Shown here piece by piece: positions 17,286 to 28,924 of a stretch of 64,000 nucleotides of DNA (position 1 is its first letter; every line of letters begins with the position of its first letter). Both the position numbers and the translations under genes were made by a program. Source of the DNA: Candidatus Omnitrophota bacterium (lineage in GTDB: Bacteria; Omnitrophota; Omnitrophia; Omnitrophales; Aquincolibacteriaceae); NCBI GenBank assembly GCA_023247035.1, contig JAHFHG010000003.1, forward strand, positions 15,081 through 79,080, written 5' to 3'. The notes beneath the pieces were generated by a model. That model was not told the DNA's origin. It did no database searches and saw only the letters and a program-made list of their open reading frames with translations.

Positions 17286-19289
17286 ATGGGTGTAACCAGC
17301 CAAAGAGAAGTGCGTGATTCACGGATTTCAGAAATTATCAATGCGGCTTCCCGGTGGATTGTTCCCGCCATTCTTTTTTATTCGACTCTTTCCGCGGGTG
17401 AGCCCCGCGCGTTGACGCTTTTTTCGACGCGGTTTTTGACTTTTTTTGGTTTTTTCCTCCATCTGCCTTCATTGTTTTCGAAGAAAAATGATTTCACCAG
17501 TTTTCCTTCCGCCCTTCTTGCGCCGGTTCTTCTCTTTTCCGTTTTTCTTTTGCTGGGAGTTTTCCAGATTTTTTCAGGCTTAAATATCTTCCACATTCAA
17601 GTCGGCAGCGTAAACCCCTATGCCACCCATTCTTCCCTTGCCCAATTGGCAAGCTATTTTGTTTTTTTCGCCCTCTGTATCCGATTCGTCTCACGCCCGG
17701 AAAACCTCGAGAAACTCCTTTTTCTTCTCGCCCTTCTTGTCTCCGGGGTCACGATATGGGGGATTGCGGAACGGTTTTTGGGGCGCCAGTTTTTTGGAAC
17801 CGACAATCCTTTGCAGGACAGCTTTGGCCCTTTTGTGAACCCGAATCATTACAGCGCGTTCATCGGGCTTTCGCTGCCCCTCTTTTGGAACGCCTTGCTA
17901 AACCGCCTGATCCCGCATGAGGCGTCTTTATCAAACCGCCCGGCAGGAGGGCAGCCGCTTTTATTTTGGAAAAAGATATTAAACTTTTTGGATTCTGGTA
18001 TCCTGTTCCTGCTTTTTCTTATCGCACTAGCCGTGGCAGGCTGTTTTTTATCGGGCTCTAGGCTGGGAGCTTTGCTCATCGTGTTTTCCCTCTTCTTTCA
18101 AGGAATAGTATTTAGCCTCAACCACCGGAGCGTCTTAAAAGCGTTCGGTTTGGCTGCAGGCGTCATCTCCGCCGCCGCGATTCTAGTGATACTGCCGGCG
18201 GGATTGGGAGCGGTCTTCCGGACCTTTGGCTGGGATTCATTAGTGGCGGCGTGGACGGAACGTCTTCAGGTTTCCGGCGACTCGCTGGGGATTTTTTTTC
18301 AGTACCCGCTCTTGGGCGCCGGGTTAGGAACTTATGGTTTTATATCGTCCAAATGGGTTGTCCTGAGTGATTCGGTCACGTGGGTTCACGCCCACAATGA
18401 TTATGTTGAGCTGCTCGCGGAAACCGGCCTTGCCGGTTCCCTTCTTCTGCTTACGGCCTTTGGAGCTCTGATTTTCGTCAGTCTGCGGGATTTTTCGAAT
18501 CATTCGCTGCATTCCCGCTCGATCCGGATCCAGGCGCTTTTTGCCGTCTTCAACATCGCCGTTATGGAACTGGCTGATTTCCCCTTGAAGGTGCCGGCGG
18601 TTGCGCTTCTTTTTTCCGCGCAGCTCGCTCTTTTGACTTGGCGCATTGCCAGGACCGATGATCTAAGGAGTTTAAGACGATCCGCTCAATACAGCCTGGG
18701 CGCAATTTTTTTGGTCGCCGCTATTTTTTTTATGGATTGGACCGTGAAGGATTATCAAGCCGCTCGGCTTGCCCAAAGCGTGACGGACCGGATTCAAAAT
18801 CTGGAAAAAGCGGTCCAGATTCAGCCGTCGAACGCAGAATACTGGTATCAACTGGGTTTGGAATATCTTAAAGCCAAGCCGGACGCGCCGGGCCGGGATT
18901 CCAAGGCAAGGGCGGTTGAGGCCTTTCGAAACGCCGTTCATTTAAGCCCGACCTATCCGCGTTACTGGTTTTCTTTGGGAGGCGTTGAGTATCACGCCGG
19001 GCTCCGGAAACAAGGTCTGGAGTCTCTTGAACAGGCGGCGGACTGGGCGCCTCATAAATCCGGATATTTACTGCATCTTATCGCCCTTTATTTAAAGGCA
19101 AGCGAAGAATCCTCCACAGCAGAAGAAAAAAATTTAAATTTGAATAAGGCCAAGGAACTTTCGAAGCGCTTGAACAGGATGAAGACGTTTCCCGGTGAGC
19201 AGGATCAAAGGCATTGGATGGGCGATGCCTATGAAAAGTTCGCCGGCTGCGCGCTTGAGTGGAATCTCAACCGGAAGGCCGGTCCATGA
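17286..19289 (+). CDS. O-antigen ligase/polymerase-family (Wzy_C) polytopic membrane protein with C-terminal TPR repeats
   Basis: About 11 predicted TM helices. The Wzy_C signature [22 protein letters not shown] is present. The C-terminal soluble part has TPR-like repeats ([12 protein letters not shown]..., [16 protein letters not shown]). Confidence 0.7.
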   Translation: MGVTSQREVRDSRISEIINAASRWIVPAILFYSTLSAGEPRALTLFSTRFLTFFGFFLHLPSLFSKKNDFTSFPSALLAPVLLFSVFLLLGVFQIFSGLNIFHIQVGSVNPYATHSSLAQLASYFVFFALCIRFVSRPENLEKLLFLLALLVSGVTIWGIAERFLGRQFFGTDNPLQDSFGPFVNPNHYSAFIGLSLPLFWNALLNRLIPHEASLSNRPAGGQPLLFWKKILNFLDSGILFLLFLIALAVAGCFLSGSRLGALLIVFSLFFQGIVFSLNHRSVLKAFGLAAGVISAAAILVILPAGLGAVFRTFGWDSLVAAWTERLQVSGDSLGIFFQYPLLGAGLGTYGFISSKWVVLSDSVTWVHAHNDYVELLAETGLAGSLLLLTAFGALIFVSLRDFSNHSLHSRSIRIQALFAVFNIAVMELADFPLKVPAVALLFSAQLALLTWRIARTDDLRSLRRSAQYSLGAIFLVAAIFFMDWTVKDYQAARLAQSVTDRIQNLEKAVQIQPSNAEYWYQLGLEYLKAKPDAPGRDSKARAVEAFRNAVHLSPTYPRYWFSLGGVEYHAGLRKQGLESLEQAADWAPHKSGYLLHLIALYLKASEESSTAEEKNLNLNKAKELSKRLNRMKTFPGEQDQRHWMGDAYEKFAGCALEWNLNRKAGP

Positions 19290-20911
19290 GTCCAGCCGCC
19301 GTTTCCGGATCAAGAAAGATCCCGCGGGTTGCAGTCGTTGGCTGCGGGGATTGGGGCCGGAACCTGATCCGGAACTTTCACGATCTGAAGGCCCTCGCCG
19401 CCTTGTGCGATACGGATGAAAAAAAGATTCACGATTTGAAAAAACTGTATCCGGAAGCCGAATTTTTTTCTTCCTATGCCGCAGTTCTCGCAGATCCTTC
19501 TCTCGAAGCGGTGGCCATTGCCACGCCGGCTGAATGGCACGGAACCTTGGTGAAACAGGCACTGCTTGCCGGAAAAGATGTCTTGGTCGAAAAGCCCTTG
19601 TGTTTATCCCTAGCCGAAGGCGAGGAAATCCTGGCGGCGGCAAAAGGGAGAATCCTTATGGTGGGCCATCTTCTCTGGTATCATCCCGCCGTTCTTGAGC
19701 TCAAAAAACTGGTCGACGAAGGCGCTCTCGGCCGCATTCAATATATCTATTCGAACCGGCTTAACCTGGGCAAGATCCGCCGGGAGGAAAATATCCTTTG
19801 GTCCTTCGCCCCGCACGACATCTCCGTGATCCTCGGCCTGCTCGGCGAAATGCCGCAAAGCGTCCAGGCCCAGGGCGGCAATTATCTGCGCCAGCAAATC
19901 GCCGATGTCACCGTCAGCCTCTTATCTTTTTCAAGCGGAGTCAAGGCGCATATTTTTGTCTCCTGGCTTCATCCTTTCAAGGAGCAAAAATTAATTGTGG
20001 TCGGCGATAAAAAAATGGCGGTGTTTGATGATTTGGAAACCGAAAGGAAGCTTGTCCTTTATCCTCACTCGATTCATTGGAAAAACCAATTCCCGGTGGC
20101 GAATAAGGCCGAGGGTTCTGCTGTCGCCGTCACTCCCGTTGAGCCGCTTTATGCCGAATGCCTTCATTTCCTCCAAAGTGTCCAAACCCGGATTCCGCCC
20201 CGAACCGACGGACGGGAAGGCTTGCGCGTTTTGAAAGTGCTTCAAGAATGCCAGAAGGCGCTTGAGTCCCATTTTCCAATACAATCTCAAGGAGTTTCTT
20301 TACCCGCAAGTTCCCGGAAATATTTCGTCCATGAGTCTGCTTTTATAGATGAGGGAGTGGAAATCGGCGAGGGCACTTCCATCTGGCACGTTTCTCATAT
20401 TCTCAAAGGCTCACGGATCGGGAAAAATTGCAGGATCGGCCAAAACGTGGTGATCGGCCCGAATGCCTGGGTGGGAGAGGGCGTCAAAATTCAAAACAAT
20501 GTGTCGGTTTATGAAGGCGTGACGTTGGAAGACTTTGTTTTTTGCGGGCCTTCGGTGGTCTTTACCAATGTCAATACCCCACGGAGTGAATATTCAAGAA
20601 AAAAAGATGAGTTCCGATCCACCCTTGTGAAACGAGGGGCAACTTTGGGCGCGAATTGCACCCTCCTTTGCGGCCTTACGATCGGAAGGTATGCCTTTGT
20701 CGGCGCCGGCGCGGTCGTCACGAAAGATGTTCCGGATCATGCGCTTGTGGTCGGCAATCCGGCCCGTATCGCGGGTTGGGCGTGTGAATGCGGCCTCAAG
20801 CTTGCGAATCCGGAAAGCAACGGTTATTCGTGCGAGTGCGGCAAGAATTATCGAAAAGATGAAGCCGGAAGGATCCTTTTACAGGACAACGTTGTAGAAA
20901 GCTTGTCATGA
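19286..20911 (+). CDS. Bifunctional Gfo/Idh/MocA oxidoreductase (WbpB-like) fused to a left-handed beta-helix N-acetyltransferase (WbpD-like)
   Basis: N-terminal Rossmann [17 protein letters not shown]...EKP. The C-terminal half has hexapeptide repeats [13 protein letters not shown] / [35 protein letters not shown]. Start taken at ATG 19286 overlapping the previous stop (ATGA). Confidence 0.8.
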   Translation: MSPAAVSGSRKIPRVAVVGCGDWGRNLIRNFHDLKALAALCDTDEKKIHDLKKLYPEAEFFSSYAAVLADPSLEAVAIATPAEWHGTLVKQALLAGKDVLVEKPLCLSLAEGEEILAAAKGRILMVGHLLWYHPAVLELKKLVDEGALGRIQYIYSNRLNLGKIRREENILWSFAPHDISVILGLLGEMPQSVQAQGGNYLRQQIADVTVSLLSFSSGVKAHIFVSWLHPFKEQKLIVVGDKKMAVFDDLETERKLVLYPHSIHWKNQFPVANKAEGSAVAVTPVEPLYAECLHFLQSVQTRIPPRTDGREGLRVLKVLQECQKALESHFPIQSQGVSLPASSRKYFVHESAFIDEGVEIGEGTSIWHVSHILKGSRIGKNCRIGQNVVIGPNAWVGEGVKIQNNVSVYEGVTLEDFVFCGPSVVFTNVNTPRSEYSRKKDEFRSTLVKRGATLGANCTLLCGLTIGRYAFVGAGAVVTKDVPDHALVVGNPARIAGWACECGLKLANPESNGYSCECGKNYRKDEAGRILLQDNVVESLS

Positions 20912-22053
20912 TCAATGTCCCTTCGCTTAATTTAAAAGCCCAGCACGAAATCCTTCAGCAGGAAATTCTGGAAGCCATTGAGCGCGTCATCCGGAGCCAG
21001 CGTTTCATCCTGGGAGAAGAAGTCGAAATGCTGGAAGAGCGTATTGCGGCTTATTCCCAGTGCCGCTACGCGGTGGGTGTTTCTTCCGGAACGGATGCCC
21101 TGCTCGTTTCGCTGATGGCGCTTGGCATCGGCTGGGGCGATGAGGTCATCACAACTCCGTATTCTTTTTTTTCGGCCGCGGGCAGCATTGCGCGGGTAGG
21201 CGCCAAGCCGGTTTTTACGGATATTGATCCCTGCACCTATAATCTCGATCCGTCTCAAATGGAGCGCGCAATAACTTCCCGCACAAAGGCTGTGATCCCC
21301 GTCCATTTGTTCGGCCAGTGCGCCGATATGCCCGCCATTCTGGAGATCAGCAGGCGCCACGGCCTTAAAGTCATTGAAGATGCCGCGCAGGCCTTGGGAG
21401 CAGAATACCCGCCGTCCCGCCGCGTCGGCTCGAGCGCCGGCCTGGGATGTTTCTCGTTCTATCCCACTAAGAATTTAGGCGCGATGGGAGACGGGGGAAT
21501 GGTGGTGACTTCCGATCCTGATCTGGCCCAGAAGGTCCGGCTTTTGAGAGTTCACGGAAGCCAGCCCAAATATTATCATCCCTTGATCGGAGGCAACTTC
21601 CGGCTCGATGCGCTTCAGGCGGCGGTCCTCAATGTCAAGTTCCGCTATCTTGACGAATGGATCAGAAAACGCCGGGAACGGGCACGCCATTACAAAAAAT
21701 TATTTCAGGGAGCCCGGCTGGAAGAAAAAGGATGCCGCCTTCCCAAAGAAATTCATGCCGGCGCCGGACTTGCCCACGGCCACACCTTTAATCAGTTTAT
21801 CGTTCGAGTTCCTCAAAGAGAAAGAGACCCGCTCCGGACCCATCTTGGAGCGCGCGGCGTCCAGACGGAAATTTATTACCCGCTTCCTCTCCACTTGCAG
21901 GAATGTTTTGCGTATTTGGGCCACAAGGCGGGCGATTTTCCGCAGGCCGAATCCGCGGCCCGGGAAACGCTTGCGTTGCCCCTTTTCCCCGAAATGACCC
22001 AGGATCAGCAGGAATCCGTTGTGGAAGCCATCGCGGAATTTTATTCATCATGA
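20908..22053 (+). CDS. DegT/DnrJ/EryC1/StrS-family PLP-dependent sugar aminotransferase (WbpE-like)
   Basis: 381 aa; family pattern GTDAL...VITTPYSF...PVHLFGQ...DAAQALGA...[16 protein letters not shown] (the Lys in TKNLG is the PLP lysine). Confidence 0.85.
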   Translation: MINVPSLNLKAQHEILQQEILEAIERVIRSQRFILGEEVEMLEERIAAYSQCRYAVGVSSGTDALLVSLMALGIGWGDEVITTPYSFFSAAGSIARVGAKPVFTDIDPCTYNLDPSQMERAITSRTKAVIPVHLFGQCADMPAILEISRRHGLKVIEDAAQALGAEYPPSRRVGSSAGLGCFSFYPTKNLGAMGDGGMVVTSDPDLAQKVRLLRVHGSQPKYYHPLIGGNFRLDALQAAVLNVKFRYLDEWIRKRRERARHYKKLFQGARLEEKGCRLPKEIHAGAGLAHGHTFNQFIVRVPQRERDPLRTHLGARGVQTEIYYPLPLHLQECFAYLGHKAGDFPQAESAARETLALPLFPEMTQDQQESVVEAIAEFYSS

Positions 22054-23123
22054 AAATTGTGAGTGTTGTGGGAGCGCGTCCTCAATTTATCAAATGCGCC
22101 CTCTTGTCCAAAGAGTTGCGCAAAGGAGCGGATGAGGTGCTCGTCCATACCAGGCAGCATTATGATGAAAACATGAGCGCCGTCTTTTTTAAGGAACTCG
22201 AAATCCCCGAACCGGAATACAATCTGGAGGTTGGATCCGGAAGCCAGACAGGCCGGATGCTGCAGGGAGTTGAAGAAATCCTGCAAATAGAAAAACCTGA
22301 TTATGTGGTTGTTTACGGAGACACGAATTCCACCCTTGCCGGCGCTTTGGCCGCGGCCAAACTTCATCTTCCTGTCGCGCATGTGGAAGCTGGACTAAGA
22401 AGTTTCAATAAAAAGATGCCGGAGGAAATCAACCGGATTCTTACAGATCAGGTATCGAGCCTTCTTTTTTGTCCCACGCAAACAGCGGTTCAGAATCTTG
22501 AAAGGGAAAACATTCGAGAAGGTGTCCATCTTGTGAGCGATATCATGATTGATGCCGCGTATCATTACGGCGAAAAAGCAGAAACCGGCTCCCAAGTTTT
22601 GGAACGGCTCAGGTTAAAATCCAAAACCTATGCGCTTGCCACGATTCATCGGGCGGAGAACGCGGATGATCTTGAGCATTTTTCTTCCATTTTGTCAACG
22701 CTAGACAAAATAGCCAGGGAGATCTTGCCGGTGGTGATCCCCCTTCATCCCCGAAGCTATAAGCAAATGAAATCTAATCGTTTAAACTTTCCTTCTCTTC
22801 AAATCGTGGAACCGGTTTCATACCTTGATATGCTGCGATTGGAAAAAAATGCGAAAGCCATTTTGACGGATTCGGGAGGCGTTCAAAAAGAAGCCTGCGT
22901 TTTTCAGGTTCCCTGCATCACGCTTCGTAATGAAACAGAATGGGTGGAAACGGTGGAGGCGGGGTGGAATGTTTTGGCTGGCGCGCAGGAGGAAACGATT
23001 GTTCGCAGCCTTAAGAAAATTAAAAAGGGTTCTTATCTTCCTAATGGCTATGAGGCCAAGGAAAAAGATACGGCTAAAAAGATTACGGAAATACTTGTTC
23101 AACAATTTTCCATGGCGCGATGA
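22050..23123 (+). CDS. UDP-N-acetylglucosamine 2-epimerase (non-hydrolysing; WecB/WbpI-like)
   Basis: Start [15 protein letters not shown] (ATGA overlap with the upstream stop); motifs DYVVVYGDTNSTLAGALAAAKL...VAHVEAGLRSF...HPR...GGVQKEA. Confidence 0.85.
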   Translation: MKIVSVVGARPQFIKCALLSKELRKGADEVLVHTRQHYDENMSAVFFKELEIPEPEYNLEVGSGSQTGRMLQGVEEILQIEKPDYVVVYGDTNSTLAGALAAAKLHLPVAHVEAGLRSFNKKMPEEINRILTDQVSSLLFCPTQTAVQNLERENIREGVHLVSDIMIDAAYHYGEKAETGSQVLERLRLKSKTYALATIHRAENADDLEHFSSILSTLDKIAREILPVVIPLHPRSYKQMKSNRLNFPSLQIVEPVSYLDMLRLEKNAKAILTDSGGVQKEACVFQVPCITLRNETEWVETVEAGWNVLAGAQEETIVRSLKKIKKGSYLPNGYEAKEKDTAKKITEILVQQFSMAR

Positions 23124-24619
23124 TTAAAACAATCAAGCCAAGCCCTTTTCTGGCCCATGTTTTTTCGACCGCCGGAGCCTCGCTTGCGACCGCGGTTTCC
23201 AGTATTTTTGTTTTGCGTTTTCTTGCCCAAGGACTGGGAAGCGAATCGTTCGGTTTGTACTCCTTATCGAACCGCGCTTTCAGCATTTTGATTCCGTTCG
23301 CAAGTTTGATGATGGGGCTTGCGATGTCCCGCAACTTATCGTCTACGCCGGATCGTGAGGAGAAGAACGCGTATATCCTCTCAGCGTCCTCTTGGGTTCT
23401 TCTTTCCGTTGGTTTTGTTTGGATCACAGGGGTTTTGTTTCGAGAGAGGCTCAGCTCATTTTTCCTCGGGAGTTCACAGCGCCATTTATTGTGGTTTGCG
23501 ACCCTCTCGTCAGTGACCTTCTTTTCTTTTTATTCCCTTTTGGACGGCATTTACTTTGGAACTTCTAAAATTTTCAAAGCGAATCTGTGGCAATGGCTGT
23601 TAAGCGTGATCGGGCCTTTGGCCATTGCATTCCGGTTCCGGCACGCGCCGGTCTACCGGATTATTTTTCTTCTGAGCGCTTTATACTCCCTTGCTTTAAT
23701 TCCCTTGGCCCTGACCTGGTTTGGGATCTGGAAAACGAAAACAATCAAAGGGGACCTTCTCCGGCACAAAGGACGACTGATCGCTTTTAGTGCGCCCCGC
23801 ATTGCCGGCGGATGGCTGGCATCCTTGCTTCTCCTCATCGGGCCTCTTTTCGCGTCTCATTTTATTTCTTACGCCGAAGCGGGATTTTTGATGCTCGCCC
23901 AAAGCGTATTTCGCGTCGCGGAAATGGGGACGAACGCTTTTGCCTCAGTCGCATTGAGCAAAGCAGGGTCTTTAATCGGGGAAGGGAAGCAAGTTTTTTT
24001 AAAAGAGCGGGTCGGGGATATGATCGAAATGATTTTTCAAATCGGCCTTTTCCTTGCGGCGCATCTTTTTTTGTGGTCGGATGATCTCGTGATCTTATGG
24101 CTGGGGAACGAATATCTGAATGTCTCCTTGCGCATAAAAATATATCTTTTGGGTTTTATACCTTATTTTGCCTACGTGGTTTTAAGGCCAATTATCGAAG
24201 CCCTGGAATTTAAGCCGGTTAATGTTTTCCACTTGGGGATTTCTTGTGCCGCCGCGCTTAGTTTGGCGTTCCCGCTCGCGCGGGCGGGAGGAGCGCTCGG
24301 TCTTGCTCTTTCGACTTCTCTGGGGTTCTTGGTTTTGGGAGCATTAACCGTGCGCTATTTTGGGAAAAAAAATTTAGCGGGGAGGGCGATCTTTAAAATT
24401 GTTATGATCAATGCTGCTTTGGCGGTTCCTTTAATAGTCATTCAGCCTTGGCTTCGTCTCTGGCCGGGCTCCCTGCGATTCACCGCATCGATCACGCTTG
24501 AACTGCTCTTGGCGGCGCTTTACGTTTATGTTCTTTGGAGTTTGAAGTCCCGCTGGATCTTGGAGTTTCAAAAAAGACTCATTACCTATGACAGTTCCGA
24601 GGAGTCGGCCCATGATTGA
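23120..24619 (+). CDS. Wzx-type oligosaccharide flippase (polysaccharide biosynthesis protein, MOP superfamily)
   Basis: 499 aa, about 12-14 TM helices, typical Wzx N-terminal pattern. Confidence 0.6.
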   Translation: MIKTIKPSPFLAHVFSTAGASLATAVSSIFVLRFLAQGLGSESFGLYSLSNRAFSILIPFASLMMGLAMSRNLSSTPDREEKNAYILSASSWVLLSVGFVWITGVLFRERLSSFFLGSSQRHLLWFATLSSVTFFSFYSLLDGIYFGTSKIFKANLWQWLLSVIGPLAIAFRFRHAPVYRIIFLLSALYSLALIPLALTWFGIWKTKTIKGDLLRHKGRLIAFSAPRIAGGWLASLLLLIGPLFASHFISYAEAGFLMLAQSVFRVAEMGTNAFASVALSKAGSLIGEGKQVFLKERVGDMIEMIFQIGLFLAAHLFLWSDDLVILWLGNEYLNVSLRIKIYLLGFIPYFAYVVLRPIIEALEFKPVNVFHLGISCAAALSLAFPLARAGGALGLALSTSLGFLVLGALTVRYFGKKNLAGRAIFKIVMINAALAVPLIVIQPWLRLWPGSLRFTASITLELLLAALYVYVLWSLKSRWILEFQKRLITYDSSEESAHD

Positions 24620-25910
24620 TATGCCGCACGACTTCCACATTTTACTTTTCGGAATGATCGTCCTGCTTTTTTCGGCCATCTATATGCATTACTCCAACCG
24701 GATTTTTGATTTGAGTTCTATCAGTATCTCTTCAGTTTGGTATTTTGCTTATGTGGCGACCATTTTTATCCCGTCTTTTTTTACCTTTTACGAAAAGATA
24801 GGGCCTTATAGGTTTAACTACATCTATGCTATGGCCAGTCCTCTCATTACGGTGCCCGCGGGTATTTCGCTGGCGAATGTCTTATGGAAGTATAACCCTC
24901 AGGAAATTAAGCAATTTTACTTGCGGGCTATTGAAGACCGGCCGAAAAGTTTTATCCGGATTCTCAATTATTCATTTCTTTTGTTTATCGGTATCGTACT
25001 TTTCTTTTCGTGGTGTATCGAGCAAAGGGGTAAGCCTATCCCGGTTATTTATGCGCTGACCCATCCACAGAACCCATACCAGGATCTTGCGATGTTGCGG
25101 GACTATTCCTTGAAGTTGTTGGATTCTCCGTTTCGCTATCTTTACCACACGACACGAGATTTTTTGCTGCCTCTTTTGATGTTGGTGGCCTTGTGCAACT
25201 ATTATTATTCCCGCTCTCGGGGCTGGTTATTTTTCTTAATAGTATCTTCATGTTTCGGATTTTTTTTTGCCACCGCCAATATTGCAAAAGGGCCAACTTT
25301 TAACATTGCCCTTCTGTTGCTTTTAAATTTTTATATCATTAGACGAGGGAAGCTTCCCTCATGGATGGTGATTATCGGAATAGCCTTGGCCTTGATTTTC
25401 CCTGTCTTCATTTATATGATAGGAAATATAAGCTGGGACGGATTTACAAGTGCGTTTAGCAGAATTATGGAGCGGATTTTCGTCGCGCCGGCGGCAATCG
25501 GTTACTATTGCTTCGAAATTGTTCCGGAACGCCTGCCTTTCCAATGGGGACGCAGCATAGGCGCCATCGTAAAGCTCTTAGGCCTGGAGGTTGAGAACTA
25601 CAATTCATTTGTGACATGGTATATCATGGGGGTTGATTCCACGACAAGCATGTCGGGGGTTTTTGTGATCGAACTCTTCGGAGATTTTGCCTTTCCCGGG
25701 GTGATCCTTGGTGGGATTCTCGTGGGGATCGCCATGCAATGGGTTCATGTTTCGATCATTCGTAACCGCAAGACTTTATTTGCCATCGTGACCTATGTTC
25801 TCTTTATTCGTTTTTTTTCAGATCTAACTACTTTACAAATTGCCGGGGCCCTCATTCTGTCTGGGGCTCCCTTTTTATGGATTATGTATAAAGCAAAAAT
25901 TTTAGGTTAA
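24612..25910 (+). CDS. Polytopic membrane protein, putative Wzy-type repeat-unit polymerase
   Basis: About 430 aa with more than 10 TM helices and no soluble domain; sits in the flippase/polymerase part of the cluster. ORF-track start 24588; ATG 24612 overlaps the upstream stop. Confidence 0.35.
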   Translation: MIDMPHDFHILLFGMIVLLFSAIYMHYSNRIFDLSSISISSVWYFAYVATIFIPSFFTFYEKIGPYRFNYIYAMASPLITVPAGISLANVLWKYNPQEIKQFYLRAIEDRPKSFIRILNYSFLLFIGIVLFFSWCIEQRGKPIPVIYALTHPQNPYQDLAMLRDYSLKLLDSPFRYLYHTTRDFLLPLLMLVALCNYYYSRSRGWLFFLIVSSCFGFFFATANIAKGPTFNIALLLLLNFYIIRRGKLPSWMVIIGIALALIFPVFIYMIGNISWDGFTSAFSRIMERIFVAPAAIGYYCFEIVPERLPFQWGRSIGAIVKLLGLEVENYNSFVTWYIMGVDSTTSMSGVFVIELFGDFAFPGVILGGILVGIAMQWVHVSIIRNRKTLFAIVTYVLFIRFFSDLTTLQIAGALILSGAPFLWIMYKAKILG

Positions 25911-25946
25911 TAAAGCCTTACTTCCATCAAAGCTGAGGGAAAGGAT

Positions 25947-26768
25947 ATGGATCAGACTGAGGCCAGAAAAAAAGAAGAAATAGAATTCCACGACCGGCTT
26001 CGCGGAGAGGAGTTGGCTAAAGATTCGAGATTGTATAAACATTACCACTCGAACTCTAAATTCTATTCCGTGGATAGAGCAAACCGGAAATTGTGCGAGA
26101 CATGGATCCAAACAAAATGCCCGGGGAAAAGATTGCTTGATTTTTGCTGCGGCGACGGCGAATATTCACTTGCCGCAGCGCGGGCCGGAGCGCAGACTAC
26201 CGGGATTGACATTTCCGAGGTTGCGGTCCGCAAAAGCGCTGAACGCGCCCGGGTTGAAAATCTAACCAATGTACAGTTTTTGGTCCGAGATGCGGAAGCA
26301 ACCGGGTTTGAAGACCGTTCTTTTGATCTCATTCTTTGTGCAGGCGTTTTACATCATCTCGATCTAGACCATGCTTATCCTGAACTTGCACGGTTGCTGG
26401 CTCCTGGAGGAGAGATTCTTTGTATGGAGCCCTTGCGCTATAACCCCGTCTTCCAATGGTATCGCCGTCTCACGCCTCATTTGAGGACCGCCTACGAGAC
26501 GGACCATATTTTGAGAATGAAGGATATCCATAAAGCAAAAAAGTATTTTCGCAATGTGGACCTAAACTTTTTTCATCTTACCACTCTTGCGGCGGTTCCC
26601 TTCCGGAATACGCCTCTATTTTCCAGCTTGTTGAGTTTTTTTGAAAACATAGACTCCGTTTTGATGCGAATTCCCTGGATACAGAGGCTGGCATGGATGG
26701 CCATCTTTAAACTTTCAGACCCTATCTGTGATGAACAAGGGAAGAGTCCTTTGAAGAGAGCCCCTTAA
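25947..26768 (+). CDS. Class I SAM-dependent methyltransferase
   Basis: Motif I LLDFCCGDGEYSL, motif post-I GIDISEVAV, and ILCAGVLHHL. Confidence 0.75.
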   Translation: MDQTEARKKEEIEFHDRLRGEELAKDSRLYKHYHSNSKFYSVDRANRKLCETWIQTKCPGKRLLDFCCGDGEYSLAAARAGAQTTGIDISEVAVRKSAERARVENLTNVQFLVRDAEATGFEDRSFDLILCAGVLHHLDLDHAYPELARLLAPGGEILCMEPLRYNPVFQWYRRLTPHLRTAYETDHILRMKDIHKAKKYFRNVDLNFFHLTTLAAVPFRNTPLFSSLLSFFENIDSVLMRIPWIQRLAWMAIFKLSDPICDEQGKSPLKRAP

Positions 26769-26812
26769 AGTTATTTTGGCACCAGGATAAACAGATTTCA
26801 CTTCTTGCTATC

Positions 26813-27940
26813 ATGCGTCTGATTTCAGAAAAGGTTAGGATAGAATCCTATCAAGAACGGCATATCCCCTGGGTTCAGGAGTTCAATAGAAGGCTGGGGG
26901 GTAAATACGGAGCGTCAAAATTTCCAGAATCCAACGTTCCTTCTTGGCTGCCTCCCACGAAAAGTCATCGTCTTTATCAGGAATTCTTTCTGGCCGTCGA
27001 TGACGAGGCGGTTCGGGGAGCGTATATTCTTAAACACCAAGATTTTTTTATCAAGGGCCGCGCGATTTCCATAGCCGCCTATCAATTTCCAATCTCCGAG
27101 GGAATTATCAACCCGGATTTTATGGAAGTTGCTATTTTGCTTACCTTGGACGCTCTGCAAAGACAACCGAATCTCTTTGCTCTCGGGATGGGAAGCTATT
27201 CTGAAAGTTTTCCACGGCTTTTGAAGGCGATGCGCTGGAGTTTCTGTGAAATTCCTTTTTATTTTAAGGTCATACACCCGTTTCATTTTTTAAGGAAGAT
27301 TGCTTTTTTGCGAAAGGCCCTGCCGGGAAAAGTTCTTTTGGATTTTGCCGCGTTTACAGGGGTCGGGTGGTTAGGGATCCGCGCACTTCAAACTTTTAAA
27401 ACTCATCGGCCCATCGGCGCACGCATACGTGTTGAGGAGTTTGACGAATTCGATGAGAGAGCCAACATTTTGTGGAATAGAGTGAAACAGGAATATGCGG
27501 CCATTGCTGTAAGAGACTCTTTAAATTTAAATATCTTATATCCCAGATTGTCCCCGAAATTTAAGCGAATCCATGTTTTTGAAGGCGAGAGAAATATCGG
27601 ATGGGCGGTATTATTGGACACCCCCATGAGCTGCCATAAGCAATTCGGCTCAATGCGGGTCGGCAGTATCGTCGATTGTCTATCCCATCCCGACGACGCA
27701 GCTAAAATATTGAGCGCAGCGGCAGACTATTTGTCCCTCCGCCGTGTGGATATTATTATTTCGAACCATTCGCACAAAAGCTACCGAGAGGCTTATGAAA
27801 AGGCGGGGTTTTTTCGAGGGCCAAGCAACTTTTTATTTGCAGCTTCGAAGAAACTGGACAGCCTTATGGAGCCTTTTGAGGTAACAAAGGATCAGATTTA
27901 TTTTATGCGGGGGGATGGAGACGGTCCTATCAATCTATAA
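26813..27940 (+). CDS. Hypothetical protein (possible GNAT/FemAB-like acyltransferase fold)
   Basis: 375-aa ORF, good coding continuity; no unambiguous motif. Confidence 0.4.
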   Translation: MRLISEKVRIESYQERHIPWVQEFNRRLGGKYGASKFPESNVPSWLPPTKSHRLYQEFFLAVDDEAVRGAYILKHQDFFIKGRAISIAAYQFPISEGIINPDFMEVAILLTLDALQRQPNLFALGMGSYSESFPRLLKAMRWSFCEIPFYFKVIHPFHFLRKIAFLRKALPGKVLLDFAAFTGVGWLGIRALQTFKTHRPIGARIRVEEFDEFDERANILWNRVKQEYAAIAVRDSLNLNILYPRLSPKFKRIHVFEGERNIGWAVLLDTPMSCHKQFGSMRVGSIVDCLSHPDDAAKILSAAADYLSLRRVDIIISNHSHKSYREAYEKAGFFRGPSNFLFAASKKLDSLMEPFEVTKDQIYFMRGDGDGPINL

Positions 27941-27976
27941 CCTATAATATAAATGTAACGCGAGAATCGAAATCAA

Positions 27977-28924
27977 ATGGTAACTCGCTGGCCTGGAAAT
28001 AAAAAATTTGCCTTTACTATTTTGGATGATGCAGACTGCAACACATTGCAGAATAATTCTATCGTCTACGACTTTTTGAATGGACTAGGTTTCAAGACCA
28101 CTAAAACAGTCTGGATTTTTGACGGAGAGATTCGAGAGGACAACAGGCAGGATATTGGCGTAACGTGCGAAGATAGAAATTTTCTGGACTGGGTTTTGAA
28201 ATTAAAAAAGCAGGGTTTTGAAATTGCTTTGCACAGCGCCTCTTGGAGCCCCTCTCCGAGACAAAAAATCATTGAAGCACTGGATACCTTCAAATCTTAT
28301 TTTGGCGAAGATCCGAAAGTCCTGGCGCAGCATGCGGATACCCTCCCCAACGAAGCTATCTACTGGGGCGCCGGCCGGTTAAGCGGGCTTCACCGGAAGA
28401 TTTATGATGCCATTGCGCAAATCAAGAGAGAGCAGAGAAATATTTATCTGGGCGATTCCAAGGACAGCCCCTACTTCTGGGGTGACGTTTGCAGGCAAAG
28501 GATCAAGTACGTGCGGAATTTCGTCTACTCTGACATTAACACGTTGAAAGCGTGTCCCTTCCAGCCCTACCATGATCCCCATAGACCTTATGTGCGTTAT
28601 TGGTTTACTTCTACCGAGGGTCCCGAAGTGAATTCCTTTTGCTCGAGCCTATCATTGGAGAATCAACAAAGACTTGAAGAAGAAGGCGGGGCTTGTATCA
28701 TGTACACTCATTTTGCTAAAAATTTTGCGGTCGATGGGAAGTTAAATTCAAATTTTAAGGGGCTCATGGAAAGATTGGCCAAGAGGGAGGGGTGGTTCGT
28801 GCCCGTGTCTGAATTGTTGGACTACTTATTGAAACAGAATGGAGAGCATATTCTGTCGAATGCCGAAAGAGCAGGATTAGAAAGAAAGTGGTTGTGGCAT
28901 AAAATAAAGGTGGGCAGCTCATGA
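27977..28924 (+). CDS. Hypothetical protein (possible polysaccharide deacetylase-like)
   Basis: 315 aa; N-terminal FAFTILDDAD loosely resembles the NodB TFDDG motif. Weak call. Confidence 0.3.
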   Translation: MVTRWPGNKKFAFTILDDADCNTLQNNSIVYDFLNGLGFKTTKTVWIFDGEIREDNRQDIGVTCEDRNFLDWVLKLKKQGFEIALHSASWSPSPRQKIIEALDTFKSYFGEDPKVLAQHADTLPNEAIYWGAGRLSGLHRKIYDAIAQIKREQRNIYLGDSKDSPYFWGDVCRQRIKYVRNFVYSDINTLKACPFQPYHDPHRPYVRYWFTSTEGPEVNSFCSSLSLENQQRLEEEGGACIMYTHFAKNFAVDGKLNSNFKGLMERLAKREGWFVPVSELLDYLLKQNGEHILSNAERAGLERKWLWHKIKVGSS

